Source: Eledone cirrhosa
Taxonomy: Eukaryota
Assembly (NCBI GenBank): GCA_964016885.1
Contig: OZ024743.1
Span: 234,422,001-234,486,000 of the forward strand
Reading direction: 5' to 3'
DNA: 64,000 bases
This document shows positions 11,800 through 25,000 of the stretch, piece by piece (position 1 is the first letter of the stretch; each line of letters begins with the position of its first letter). The notes beneath the pieces are model-generated. The model saw only the letters and a list, made by a program, of their open reading frames with translations, was not told the DNA's origin and ran no database searches. Both the position numbers and the translations under genes were made by a program.

Positions 11800-13388
11800 T
11801 TGTGGCTGTGGAACCAAACCGTGTTAAACGTCAACAAAGTCCGCCGGCGAATGGTGTGCTTCGAAGAAAACGAATCCAAAAATGACGATTTGCCGGCGGA
11901 GTTACCTTTTCAATCGCAAACCGGCCGCCCGTGGTCGGATCGATCTGTAATTACTGGTACCTGTGCAGACACTCATTGGCTATGTGTGGCGTGAATTTCA
12001 GCAAGATATCTCCGTAAAATCAATAGTTGTGGCTGTGGAACCAAACCGTGTTAAACGTCAACAAAGTCAGCCGGCGAATGGTGTGCTTCGAAGAAAACGA
12101 ATCCAAAAATGACGATTTGCCGGCGGAGTTACCTTTTCAATCGCAAACCGACCGCCCGTGGTCGGATCGATCTGTAATTACTGGTACATGTGCAGAGACT
12201 CATTGGCTATGTGTGGCGTGAATTTCAGCAAGATATCTCCGTGAAATCAATAGTTGTGGCTGTGGAACCAAACCGGGTTAAACGTCAACAAAGTCCGCCG
12301 GCGAATGGTGTGCTTCGAAGAAAACGAATCCAAAAATGACGATTTGCCGGCGGAGTTACCTTTTCAATCGCAAACCGGCCGCCCGTGGTCGGATCGATCT
12401 GTAATTACTGGTACATGTGCAGACACTCATTGGCTATGTGTGGCGTGAATTTCAGCAAGATATCTCCGTAAAATCAATAGTTGTGGCTGTGGAACCAAAC
12501 CGTGTTAAACGTCAACAAAGTCCGCCGGCGAATGGTGTGCTTCGAAGAAAACGAATCCAAAAATGACGATTTGCCGGCGGAGTTACCTTTTCAATCGCGG
12601 GCCGGCCGCCCGTGGTCGGATCGATCTGTAATTACTGGTACATGTGCAGACACTCATTGGCTATGTGTGGCGTGAATTTCAGCAAGATATCTCCGTAAAA
12701 TCAATAGTTGTGGCTGTGGAACCAAACCGTGTTAAACGTCAACAAAGTCCGCCGGCGAATGGTGTGCTTCGAAGAAAACGAATCCAAAAATGACGATTTG
12801 CCGGCGGAGTTACCTTTTCAATCGCAAACCGGCCGCCCGTGGTCGGATCGATCTGTAATTACTGGTACATGTGCAGACACTCATTGGCTATGTGTGGCGT
12901 GAATTTCAGCAAGATATCTCCGTAAAATCAATAGTTGTGGCTGTGGAACCAAACCGTGTTAAACGTCAACAAAGTCCGCCGGCGAATGGTGTGCTTCGAA
13001 GAAAACGAATCCAAAAATGACGATTTGCCGGCGGAGTTACCTTTTCAATCGCGGGCCGGCCGCCCGTGGTCGGATCGATCTGTAATTACTGGTACATGTG
13101 CAGACACTCATTGGCTATGTGTGGCGTGAATTTCAGCAAGATATCTCCGTAAAATCAATAGTTGTGGCTGTGGAACCAAACCGTGTTAAACGTCAACAAA
13201 GTCCGCCGGCGAATGGTGTGCTTCGAAGAAAACGAATCCAAAAATGACGATTTGCCGGCGGAGTTACCTTTTCAATCGCGGGCCGGCCGCCCGTGGTCGG
13301 ATCGATCTGTAATTACTGGTACATGTGCAGACACTCATTGGCTATGTGTGGCGTGAATTTCAGCAAGATATCTCCGTAAAATCAATAG

Positions 13389-16112
13389 TTGTGGCTGTGG
13401 AACCAAACCGTGTTAAACGTCAACAAAGTCCGCCGGCGAATGGTGTGCTTCGAAGAAAACGAATCCAAAAATGACGATTTGCCGGCGGAGTTACCTTTTC
13501 AATCGCAAACCGGCCGCCCGTGGTCGGATCGATCTGTAATTACTGGTACCTGTGCAGACACTCATTGGCTATGTGTGGCGTGAATTTCAGCAAGATATCT
13601 CCGTAAAATCAATAGTTGTGGCTGTGGAACCAAACCGTGTTAAACGTCAACAAAGTCAGCCGGCGAATGGTGTGCTTCGAAGAAAACGAATCCAAAAATG
13701 ACGATTTGCCGGCGGAGTTACCTTTTCAATCGCAAACCGACCGCCCGTGGTCGGATCGATCTGTAATTACTGGTACATGTGCAGAGACTCATTGGCTATG
13801 TGTGGCGTGAATTTCAGCAAGATATCTCCGTAAAATCAATAGTTGTGGCTGTGGAACCAAACCGTGTTAAACGTCAACAAAGTCCGCCGGCGAATGGTGT
13901 GCTTCGAAGAAAACGAATCCAAAAATGACGATTTGCCGGCGGAGTTACCTTTTCAATCGCGGGCCGGCCGCCCGTGGTCGGATCGATCTGTAATTACTGG
14001 TACATGTGCAGACACTCATTGGCTATGTGTGGCGTGAATTTCAGCAAGATATCTCCGTAAAATCAATAGTTGTGGCTGTGGAACCAAACCGTGTTAAACG
14101 TCAACAAAGTCCGCCGGCGAATGGTGTGCTTCGAAGAAAACGAATCCAAAAATGACGATTTGCCGGCGGAGTTACCTTTTCAATCGCAAACCGACCGCCC
14201 GTGGTCGGATCGATCTGTAATTACTGGTACATGTGCAGAGACTCATTGGCTATGTGTGGCGTGAATTTCAGCAAGATATCTCCGTGAAATCAATAGTTGT
14301 GGCTGTGGAACCAAACCGGGTTAAACGTCAACAAAGTCCGCCGGCGAATGGTGTGCTTCGAAGAAAACGAATCCAAAAATGACGATTTGCCGGCGGAGTT
14401 ACCTTTTCAATCGCAAACCGGCCGCCCGTGGTCGGATCGATCTGTAATTACTGGTACATGTGCAGACACTCATTGGCTATGTGTGGCGTGAATTTCAGCA
14501 AGATATCTCCGTAAAATCAATAGTTGTGGCTGTGGAACCAAACCGTGTTAAACGTCAACAAAGTCCGCCGGCGAATGGTGTGCTTCGAAGAAAACGAATC
14601 CAAAAATGACGATTTGCCGGCGGAGTTACCTTTTCAATCGCGGGCCGGCCGCCCGTGGTCGGATCGATCTGTAATTACTGGTACATGTGCAGACACTCAT
14701 TGGCTATGTGTGGCGTGAATTTCAGCAAGATATCTCCGTAAAATCAATAGTTGTGGCTGTGGAACCAAACCGTGTTAAACGTCAACAAAGTCCGCCGGCG
14801 AATGGTGTGCTTCGAAGAAAACGAATCCAAAAATGACGATTTGCCGGCGGAGTTACCTTTTCAATCGCAAACCGGCCGCCCGTGGTCGGATCGATCTGTA
14901 ATTACTGGTACCTGTGCAGACACTCATTGGCTATGTGTGGCGTGAATTTCAGCAAGATATCTCCGTAAAATCAATAGTTGTGGCTGTGGAACCAAACCGT
15001 GTTAAACGTCAACAAAGTCAGCCGGCGAATGGTGTGCTTCGAAGAAAACGAATCCAAAAATGACGATTTGCCGGCGGAGTTACCTTTTCAATCGCAAACC
15101 GACCGCCCGTGGTCGGATCGATCTGTAATTACTGGTACATGTGCAGAGACTCATTGGCTATGTGTGGCGTGAATTTCAGCAAGATATCTCCGTAAAATCA
15201 ATAGTTGTGGCTGTGGAACCAAACCGTGTTAAACGTCAACAAAGTCCGCCGGCGAATGGTGTGCTTCGAAGAAAACGAATCCAAAAATGACGATTTGCCG
15301 GCGGAGTTACCTTTTCAATCGCGGGCCGGCCGCCCGTGGTCGGATCGATCTGTAATTACTGGTACATGTGCAGACACTCATTGGCTATGTGTGGCGTGAA
15401 TTTCAGCAAGATATCTCCGTAAAATCAATAGTTGTGGCTGTGGAACCAAACCGTGTTAAACGTCAACAAAGTCCGCCGGCGAATGGTGTGCTTCGAAGAA
15501 AACGAATCCAAAAATGACGATTTGCCGGCGGAGTTACCTTTTCAATCGCAAACCGACCGCCCGTGGTCGGATCGATCTGTAATTACTGGTACATGTGCAG
15601 AGACTCATTGGCTATGTGTGGCGTGAATTTCAGCAAGATATCTCCGTGAAATCAATAGTTGTGGCTGTGGAACCAAACCGGGTTAAACGTCAACAAAGTC
15701 CGCCGGCGAATGGTGTGCTTCGAAGAAAACGAATCCAAAAATGACGATTTGCCGGCGGAGTTACCTTTTCAATCGCAAACCGGCCGCCCGTGGTCGGATC
15801 GATCTGTAATTACTGGTACATGTGCAGACACTCATTGGCTATGTGTGGCGTGAATTTCAGCAAGATATCTCCGTGAAATCAATAGTTGTGGCTGTGGAAC
15901 CAAACCGTGTTAAACGTCAACAAAGTCCGCCGGCGAATGGTGTGCTTCGAAGAAAACGAATCCAAAAATGACGATTTGCCGGCGGAGTTACCTTTTCAAT
16001 CGCGGGCCGGCCGCCCGTGGTCGGATCGATCTGTAATTACTGGTACATGTGCAGACACTCATTGGCTATGTGTGGCGTGAATTTCAGCAAGATATCTCCG
16101 TAAAATCAATAG
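13389..16112. repeat. Tandem 6-monomer higher-order repeat (2 x 1362 bp); the unit recurs at 17702-19063, 22015-23376 and 23377-24738
   Basis: The monomer order [AAA+GGTACC][GTCAGCC+GAC+GAG][GGG][AAA+GAC+GAG][CCGGGT+AAA][GGG] starts at 13389, 14751, 17702, 22015 and 23377. Confidence 0.85.
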
Positions 16113-18382
16113 TTGTGGCTGTGGAACCAAACCGTGTTAAACGTCAACAAAGTCCGCCGGCGAATGGTGTGCTTCGAAGAAAACGAATCCAAAAATGACG
16201 ATTTGCCGGCGGAGTTACCTTTTCAATCGCAAACCGACCGCCCGTGGTCGGATCGATCTGTAATTACTGGTACATGTGCAGAGACTCATTGGCTATGTGT
16301 GGCGTGAATTTCAGCAAGATATCTCCGTGAAATCAATAGTTGTGGCTGTGGAACCAAACCGTGTTAAACGTCAACAAAGTCCGCCGGCGAATGGTGTGCT
16401 TCGAAGAAAACGAATCCAAAAATGACGATTTGCCGGCGGAGTTACCTTTTCAATCGCGGGCCGGCCGCCCGTGATCGGATCGATCTGTAATTACTGGTAC
16501 ATGTGCAGACACTCATTGGCTATGTGTGGCGTGAATTTCAGCAAGATATCTCCGTAAAATCAATAGTTGTGGCTGTGGAACCAAACCGTGTTAAACGTCA
16601 ACAAAGTCCGCCGGCGAATGGTGTGCTTCGAAGAAAACGAATCCAAAAATGACGATTTGCCGGCGGAGTTACCTTTTCAATCGCGGGCCGGCCGCCCTTG
16701 GTCGGATCGATCTGTAATTACTGGTACATGTGCAGACACTCATTGGCTATGTGTGGCTTGAATTTCAGCAAGATATCTCCGTAAAATCAATAGTTGTGGC
16801 TGTGGAACCAAACCGTGTTAAACGTCAACAAAGTCCGCCGGCGAATGGTGTGCTTCGAAGAAAACGAATCCAAAAATGACGATTTGCCGGCGGAGTTATT
16901 TTTTCAATCGCGGGCCGGCCGCCCGTGGTCGGATCGATCTGTAATTACTGGTACATGTGCAGACACTCATTGGCTATGTGTGGCGTGAATTTCAGCAAGA
17001 TATCTCCGTAAAATCAATAGTTGTGGCTGTGGAACCAAACCGTGTTAAACGTCAACAAAGTCCGCCGGCGAATGGTGTGCTTCGAAGAAAACGAATCCAA
17101 AAATGACGATTTGCCGGCGGAGTTACCTTTTCAATCGCAAACCGGCCGCCCGTGGTCGGATCGATCTGTAATTACTGGTACATGTGCAGACACTCATTGG
17201 CTATGTGTGGCGTGAATTTCAGCAAGATATCTCCGTAAAATCAATAGTTGTGGCTGTGGAACCAAACCGTGTTAAACGTCAACAAAGTCAGCCGGCGAAT
17301 GGTGTGCTTCGAAGAAAACGAATCCAAAAATGACGATTTGCCGGCGGAGTTACCTTTTCAATCGCAAACCGGCCGCCCGTGGTCGGATCGATCTGTAATT
17401 ACTGGTACATGTGCAGACACTCATTGGCTATGTGTGGCGTGAATTTCAGCAAGATATCTCCGTAAAATCAATAGTTGTGGCTGTGGAACCAAACCGTGTT
17501 AAACGTCAACAAAGTCCGCCGGCGAATGGTGTGCTTCGAAGAAAACGAATCCAAAAATGACGATTTGCCGGCGGAGTTACCTTTTCAATCGCGGGCCGGC
17601 CGCCCGTGGTCGGATCGATCTGTAATTACTGGTACATGTGCAGACACTCATTGGCTATGTGTGGCGTGAATTTCAGCAAGATATCTCCGTAAAATCAATA
17701 GTTGTGGCTGTGGAACCAAACCGTGTTAAACGTCAACAAAGTCCGCCGGCGAATGGTGTGCTTCGAAGAAAACGAATCCAAAAATGACGATTTGCCGGCG
17801 GAGTTACCTTTTCAATCGCAAACCGGCCGCCCGTGGTCGGATCGATCTGTAATTACTGGTACCTGTGCAGACACTCATTGGCTATGTGTGGCGTGAATTT
17901 CAGCAAGATATCTCCGTAAAATCAATAGTTGTGGCTGTGGAACCAAACCGTGTTAAACGTCAACAAAGTCAGCCGGCGAATGGTGTGCTTCGAAGAAAAC
18001 GAATCCAAAAATGACGATTTGCCGGCGGAGTTACCTTTTCAATCGCAAACCGACCGCCCGTGGTCGGATCGATCTGTAATTACTGGTACATGTGCAGAGA
18101 CTCATTGGCTATGTGTGGCGTGAATTTCAGCAAGATATCTCCGTAAAATCAATAGTTGTGGCTGTGGAACCAAACCGTGTTAAACGTCAACAAAGTCCGC
18201 CGGCGAATGGTGTGCTTCGAAGAAAACGAATCCAAAAATGACGATTTGCCGGCGGAGTTACCTTTTCAATCGCGGGCCGGCCGCCCGTGGTCGGATCGAT
18301 CTGTAATTACTGGTACATGTGCAGACACTCATTGGCTATGTGTGGCGTGAATTTCAGCAAGATATCTCCGTAAAATCAATAG

Positions 18383-21300
18383 TTGTGGCTGTGGAACCAA
18401 ACCGTGTTAAACGTCAACAAAGTCCGCCGGCGAATGGTGTGCTTCGAAGAAAACGAATCCAAAAATGACGATTTGCCGGCGGAGTTACCTTTTCAATCGC
18501 AAACCGACCGCCCGTGGTCGGATCGATCTGTAATTACTGGTACATGTGCAGAGACTCATTGGCTATGTGTGGCGTGAATTTCAGCAAGATATCTCCGTGA
18601 AATCAATAGTTGTGGCTGTGGAACCAAACCGGGTTAAACGTCAACAAAGTCCGCCGGCGAATGGTGTGCTTCGAAGAAAACGAATCCAAAAATGACGATT
18701 TGCCGGCGGAGTTACCTTTTCAATCGCAAACCGGCCGCCCGTGGTCGGATCGATCTGTAATTACTGGTACATGTGCAGACACTCATTGGCTATGTGTGGC
18801 GTGAATTTCAGCAAGATATCTCCGTGAAATCAATAGTTGTGGCTGTGGAACCAAACCGTGTTAAACGTCAACAAAGTCCGCCGGCGAATGGTGTGCTTCG
18901 AAGAAAACGAATCCAAAAATGACGATTTGCCGGCGGAGTTACCTTTTCAATCGCGGGCCGGCCGCCCGTGGTCGGATCGATCTGTAATTACTGGTACATG
19001 TGCAGACACTCATTGGCTATGTGTGGCGTGAATTTCAGCAAGATATCTCCGTAAAATCAATAGTTGTGGCTGTGGAACCAAACCGTGTTAAACGTCAACA
19101 AAGTCCGCCGGCGAATGGTGTGCTTCGAAGAAAACGAATCCAAAAATGACGATTTGCCGGCGGAGTTACCTTTTCAATCGCAAACCGACCGCCCGTGGTC
19201 GGATCGATCTGTAATTACTGGTACATGTGCAGAGACTCATTGGCTATGTGTGGCGTGAATTTCAGCAAGATATCTCCGTGAAATCAATAGTTGTGGCTGT
19301 GGAACCAAACCGGGTTAAACGTCAACAAAGTCCGCCGGCGAATGGTGTGCTTCGAAGAAAACGAATCCAAAAATGACGATTTGCCGGCGGAGTTACCTTT
19401 TCAATCGCGGGCCGGCCGCCCGTGGTCGGATCGATCTGTAATTACTGGTACATGTGCAGACACTCATTGGCTATGTGTGGCGTGAATTTCAGCAAGATAT
19501 CTCCGTAAAATCAATAGTTGTGGCTGTGGAACCAAACCGTGTTAAACGTCAACAAAGTCCGCCGGCGAATGGTGTGCTTCGAAGAAAACGAATCCAAAAA
19601 TGACGATTTGCCGGCGGAGTTACCTTTTCAATCGCGGGCCGGCCGCCCGTGATCGGATCGATCTGTAATTACTGGTACATGTGCAGACACTCATTGGCTA
19701 TGTGTGGCGTGAATTTCAGCAAGATATCTCCGTAAAATCAATAGTTGTGGCTGTGGAACCAAACCGTGTTAAACGTCAACAAAGTCCGCCGGCGAATGGT
19801 GTGCTTCGAAGAAAACGAATCCAAAAATGACGATTTGCCGGCGGAGTTACCTTTTCAATCGCGGGCCGGCCGCCCTTGGTCGGATCGATCTGTAATTACT
19901 GGTACATGTGCAGACACTCATTGGCTATGTGTGGCTTGAATTTCAGCAAGATATCTCCGTAAAATCAATAGTTGTGGCTGTGGAACCAAACCGTGTTAAA
20001 CGTCAACAAAGTCCGCCGGCGAATGGTGTGCTTCGAAGAAAACGAATCCAAAAATGACGATTTGCCGGCGGAGTTATTTTTTCAATCGCGGGCCGGCCGC
20101 CCGTGGTCGGATCGATCTGTAATTACTGGTACATGTGCAGACACTCATTGGCTATGTGTGGCGTGAATTTCAGCAAGATATCTCCGTAAAATCAATAGTT
20201 GTGGCTGTGGAACCAAACCGTGTTAAACGTCAACAAAGTCCGCCGGCGAATGGTGTGCTTCGAAGAAAACGAATCCAAAAATGACGATTTGCCGGCGGAG
20301 TTACCTTTTCAATCGCAAACCGACCGCCCGTGGTCGGATCGATCTGTAATTACTGGTACATGTGCAGAGACTCATTGGCTATGTGTGGCGTGAATTTCAG
20401 CAAGATATCTCCGTGAAATCAATAGTTGTGGCTGTGGAACCAAACCGGGTTAAACGTCAACAAAGTCCGCCGGCGAATGGTGTGCTTCGAAGAAAACGAA
20501 TCCAAAAATGACGATTTGCCGGCGGAGTTACCTTTTCAATCGCAAACCGGCCGCCCGTGGTCGGATCGATCTGTAATTACTGGTACATGTGCAGACACTC
20601 ATTGGCTATGTGTGGCGTGAATTTCAGCAAGATATCTCCGTGAAATCAATAGTTGTGGCTGTGGAACCAAACCGTGTTAAACGTCAACAAAGTCCGCCGG
20701 CGAATGGTGTGCTTCGAAGAAAACGAATCCAAAAATGACGATTTGCCGGCGGAGTTACCTTTTCAATCGCGGGCCGGCCGCCCGTGGTCGGATCGATCTG
20801 TAATTACTGGTACATGTGCAGACACTCATTGGCTATGTGTGGCGTGAATTTCAGCAAGATATCTCCGTAAAATCAATAGTTGTGGCTGTGGAACCAAACC
20901 GTGTTAAACGTCAACAAAGTCCGCCGGCGAATGGTGTGCTTCGAAGAAAACGAATCCAAAAATGACGATTTGCCGGCGGAGTTACCTTTTCAATCGCAAA
21001 CCGACCGCCCGTGGTCGGATCGATCTGTAATTACTGGTACATGTGCAGAGACTCATTGGCTATGTGTGGCGTGAATTTCAGCAAGATATCTCCGTGAAAT
21101 CAATAGTTGTGGCTGTGGAACCAAACCGGGTTAAACGTCAACAAAGTCCGCCGGCGAATGGTGTGCTTCGAAGAAAACGAATCCAAAAATGACGATTTGC
21201 CGGCGGAGTTACCTTTTCAATCGCGGGCCGGCCGCCCGTGGTCGGATCGATCTGTAATTACTGGTACATGTGCAGACACTCATTGGCTATGTGTGGCGTG

Positions 21301-22014
21301 AATTTCAGCAAGATATCTCCGTAAAATCAATAGTTGTGGCTGTGGAACCAAACCGTGTTAAACGTCAACAAAGTCCGCCGGCGAATGGTGTGCTTCGAAG
21401 AAAACGAATCCAAAAATGACGATTTGCCGGCGGAGTTACCTTTTCAATCGCGGGCCGGCCGCCCGTGATCGGATCGATCTGTAATTACTGGTACATGTGC
21501 AGACACTCATTGGCTATGTGTGGCGTGAATTTCAGCAAGATATCTCCGTAAAATCAATAGTTGTGGCTGTGGAACCAAACCGTGTTAAACGTCAACAAAG
21601 TCCGCCGGCGAATGGTGTGCTTCGAAGAAAACGAATCCAAAAATGACGATTTGCCGGCGGAGTTACCTTTTCAATCGCGGGCCGGCCGCCCTTGGTCGGA
21701 TCGATCTGTAATTACTGGTACATGTGCAGACACTCATTGGCTATGTGTGGCTTGAATTTCAGCAAGATATCTCCGTAAAATCAATAGTTGTGGCTGTGGA
21801 ACCAAACCGTGTTAAACGTCAACAAAGTCCGCCGGCGAATGGTGTGCTTCGAAGAAAACGAATCCAAAAATGACGATTTGCCGGCGGAGTTATTTTTTCA
21901 ATCGCGGGCCGGCCGCCCGTGGTCGGATCGATCTGTAATTACTGGTACATGTGCAGACACTCATTGGCTATGTGTGGCGTGAATTTCAGCAAGATATCTC
22001 CGTAAAATCAATAG
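18383..22014. repeat. Second type of tandem 8-monomer higher-order repeat (2 x 1816 bp) in array A
   Basis: GTGATC monomers at 19518 and 21334, CCCTTGG monomers at 19745 and 21561, and TTATTTTTTC monomers at 19972 and 21788 are each 1816 bp apart. Confidence 0.88.
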
Positions 22015-25000
22015 TTGTGGCTGTGGAACCAAACCGTGTTAAACGTCAACAAAGTCCGCCGGCGAATGGTGTGCTTCGAAGAAAACGAATCCAAAAATGA
22101 CGATTTGCCGGCGGAGTTACCTTTTCAATCGCAAACCGGCCGCCCGTGGTCGGATCGATCTGTAATTACTGGTACCTGTGCAGACACTCATTGGCTATGT
22201 GTGGCGTGAATTTCAGCAAGATATCTCCGTAAAATCAATAGTTGTGGCTGTGGAACCAAACCGTGTTAAACGTCAACAAAGTCAGCCGGCGAATGGTGTG
22301 CTTCGAAGAAAACGAATCCAAAAATGACGATTTGCCGGCGGAGTTACCTTTTCAATCGCAAACCGACCGCCCGTGGTCGGATCGATCTGTAATTACTGGT
22401 ACATGTGCAGAGACTCATTGGCTATGTGTGGCGTGAATTTCAGCAAGATATCTCCGTAAAATCAATAGTTGTGGCTGTGGAACCAAACCGTGTTAAACGT
22501 CAACAAAGTCCGCCGGCGAATGGTGTGCTTCGAAGAAAACGAATCCAAAAATGACGATTTGCCGGCGGAGTTACCTTTTCAATCGCGGGCCGGCCGCCCG
22601 TGGTCGGATCGATCTGTAATTACTGGTACATGTGCAGACACTCATTGGCTATGTGTGGCGTGAATTTCAGCAAGATATCTCCGTAAAATCAATAGTTGTG
22701 GCTGTGGAACCAAACCGTGTTAAACGTCAACAAAGTCCGCCGGCGAATGGTGTGCTTCGAAGAAAACGAATCCAAAAATGACGATTTGCCGGCGGAGTTA
22801 CCTTTTCAATCGCAAACCGACCGCCCGTGGTCGGATCGATCTGTAATTACTGGTACATGTGCAGAGACTCATTGGCTATGTGTGGCGTGAATTTCAGCAA
22901 GATATCTCCGTGAAATCAATAGTTGTGGCTGTGGAACCAAACCGGGTTAAACGTCAACAAAGTCCGCCGGCGAATGGTGTGCTTCGAAGAAAACGAATCC
23001 AAAAATGACGATTTGCCGGCGGAGTTACCTTTTCAATCGCAAACCGGCCGCCCGTGGTCGGATCGATCTGTAATTACTGGTACATGTGCAGACACTCATT
23101 GGCTATGTGTGGCGTGAATTTCAGCAAGATATCTCCGTAAAATCAATAGTTGTGGCTGTGGAACCAAACCGTGTTAAACGTCAACAAAGTCCGCCGGCGA
23201 ATGGTGTGCTTCGAAGAAAACGAATCCAAAAATGACGATTTGCCGGCGGAGTTACCTTTTCAATCGCGGGCCGGCCGCCCGTGGTCGGATCGATCTGTAA
23301 TTACTGGTACATGTGCAGACACTCATTGGCTATGTGTGGCGTGAATTTCAGCAAGATATCTCCGTAAAATCAATAGTTGTGGCTGTGGAACCAAACCGTG
23401 TTAAACGTCAACAAAGTCCGCCGGCGAATGGTGTGCTTCGAAGAAAACGAATCCAAAAATGACGATTTGCCGGCGGAGTTACCTTTTCAATCGCAAACCG
23501 GCCGCCCGTGGTCGGATCGATCTGTAATTACTGGTACCTGTGCAGACACTCATTGGCTATGTGTGGCGTGAATTTCAGCAAGATATCTCCGTAAAATCAA
23601 TAGTTGTGGCTGTGGAACCAAACCGTGTTAAACGTCAACAAAGTCAGCCGGCGAATGGTGTGCTTCGAAGAAAACGAATCCAAAAATGACGATTTGCCGG
23701 CGGAGTTACCTTTTCAATCGCAAACCGACCGCCCGTGGTCGGATCGATCTGTAATTACTGGTACATGTGCAGAGACTCATTGGCTATGTGTGGCGTGAAT
23801 TTCAGCAAGATATCTCCGTAAAATCAATAGTTGTGGCTGTGGAACCAAACCGTGTTAAACGTCAACAAAGTCCGCCGGCGAATGGTGTGCTTCGAAGAAA
23901 ACGAATCCAAAAATGACGATTTGCCGGCGGAGTTACCTTTTCAATCGCGGGCCGGCCGCCCGTGGTCGGATCGATCTGTAATTACTGGTACATGTGCAGA
24001 CACTCATTGGCTATGTGTGGCGTGAATTTCAGCAAGATATCTCCGTAAAATCAATAGTTGTGGCTGTGGAACCAAACCGTGTTAAACGTCAACAAAGTCC
24101 GCCGGCGAATGGTGTGCTTCGAAGAAAACGAATCCAAAAATGACGATTTGCCGGCGGAGTTACCTTTTCAATCGCAAACCGACCGCCCGTGGTCGGATCG
24201 ATCTGTAATTACTGGTACATGTGCAGAGACTCATTGGCTATGTGTGGCGTGAATTTCAGCAAGATATCTCCGTGAAATCAATAGTTGTGGCTGTGGAACC
24301 AAACCGGGTTAAACGTCAACAAAGTCCGCCGGCGAATGGTGTGCTTCGAAGAAAACGAATCCAAAAATGACGATTTGCCGGCGGAGTTACCTTTTCAATC
24401 GCAAACCGGCCGCCCGTGGTCGGATCGATCTGTAATTACTGGTACATGTGCAGACACTCATTGGCTATGTGTGGCGTGAATTTCAGCAAGATATCTCCGT
24501 GAAATCAATAGTTGTGGCTGTGGAACCAAACCGTGTTAAACGTCAACAAAGTCCGCCGGCGAATGGTGTGCTTCGAAGAAAACGAATCCAAAAATGACGA
24601 TTTGCCGGCGGAGTTACCTTTTCAATCGCGGGCCGGCCGCCCGTGGTCGGATCGATCTGTAATTACTGGTACATGTGCAGACACTCATTGGCTATGTGTG
24701 GCGTGAATTTCAGCAAGATATCTCCGTAAAATCAATAGTTGTGGCTGTGGAACCAAACCGTGTTAAACGTCAACAAAGTCCGCCGGCGAATGGTGTGCTT
24801 CGAAGAAAACGAATCCAAAAATGACGATTTGCCGGCGGAGTTACCTTTTCAATCGCAAACCGACCGCCCGTGGTCGGATCGATCTGTAATTACTGGTACA
24901 TGTGCAGAGACTCATTGGCTATGTGTGGCGTGAATTTCAGCAAGATATCTCCGTGAAATCAATAGTTGTGGCTGTGGAACCAAACCGGGTTAAACGTCAA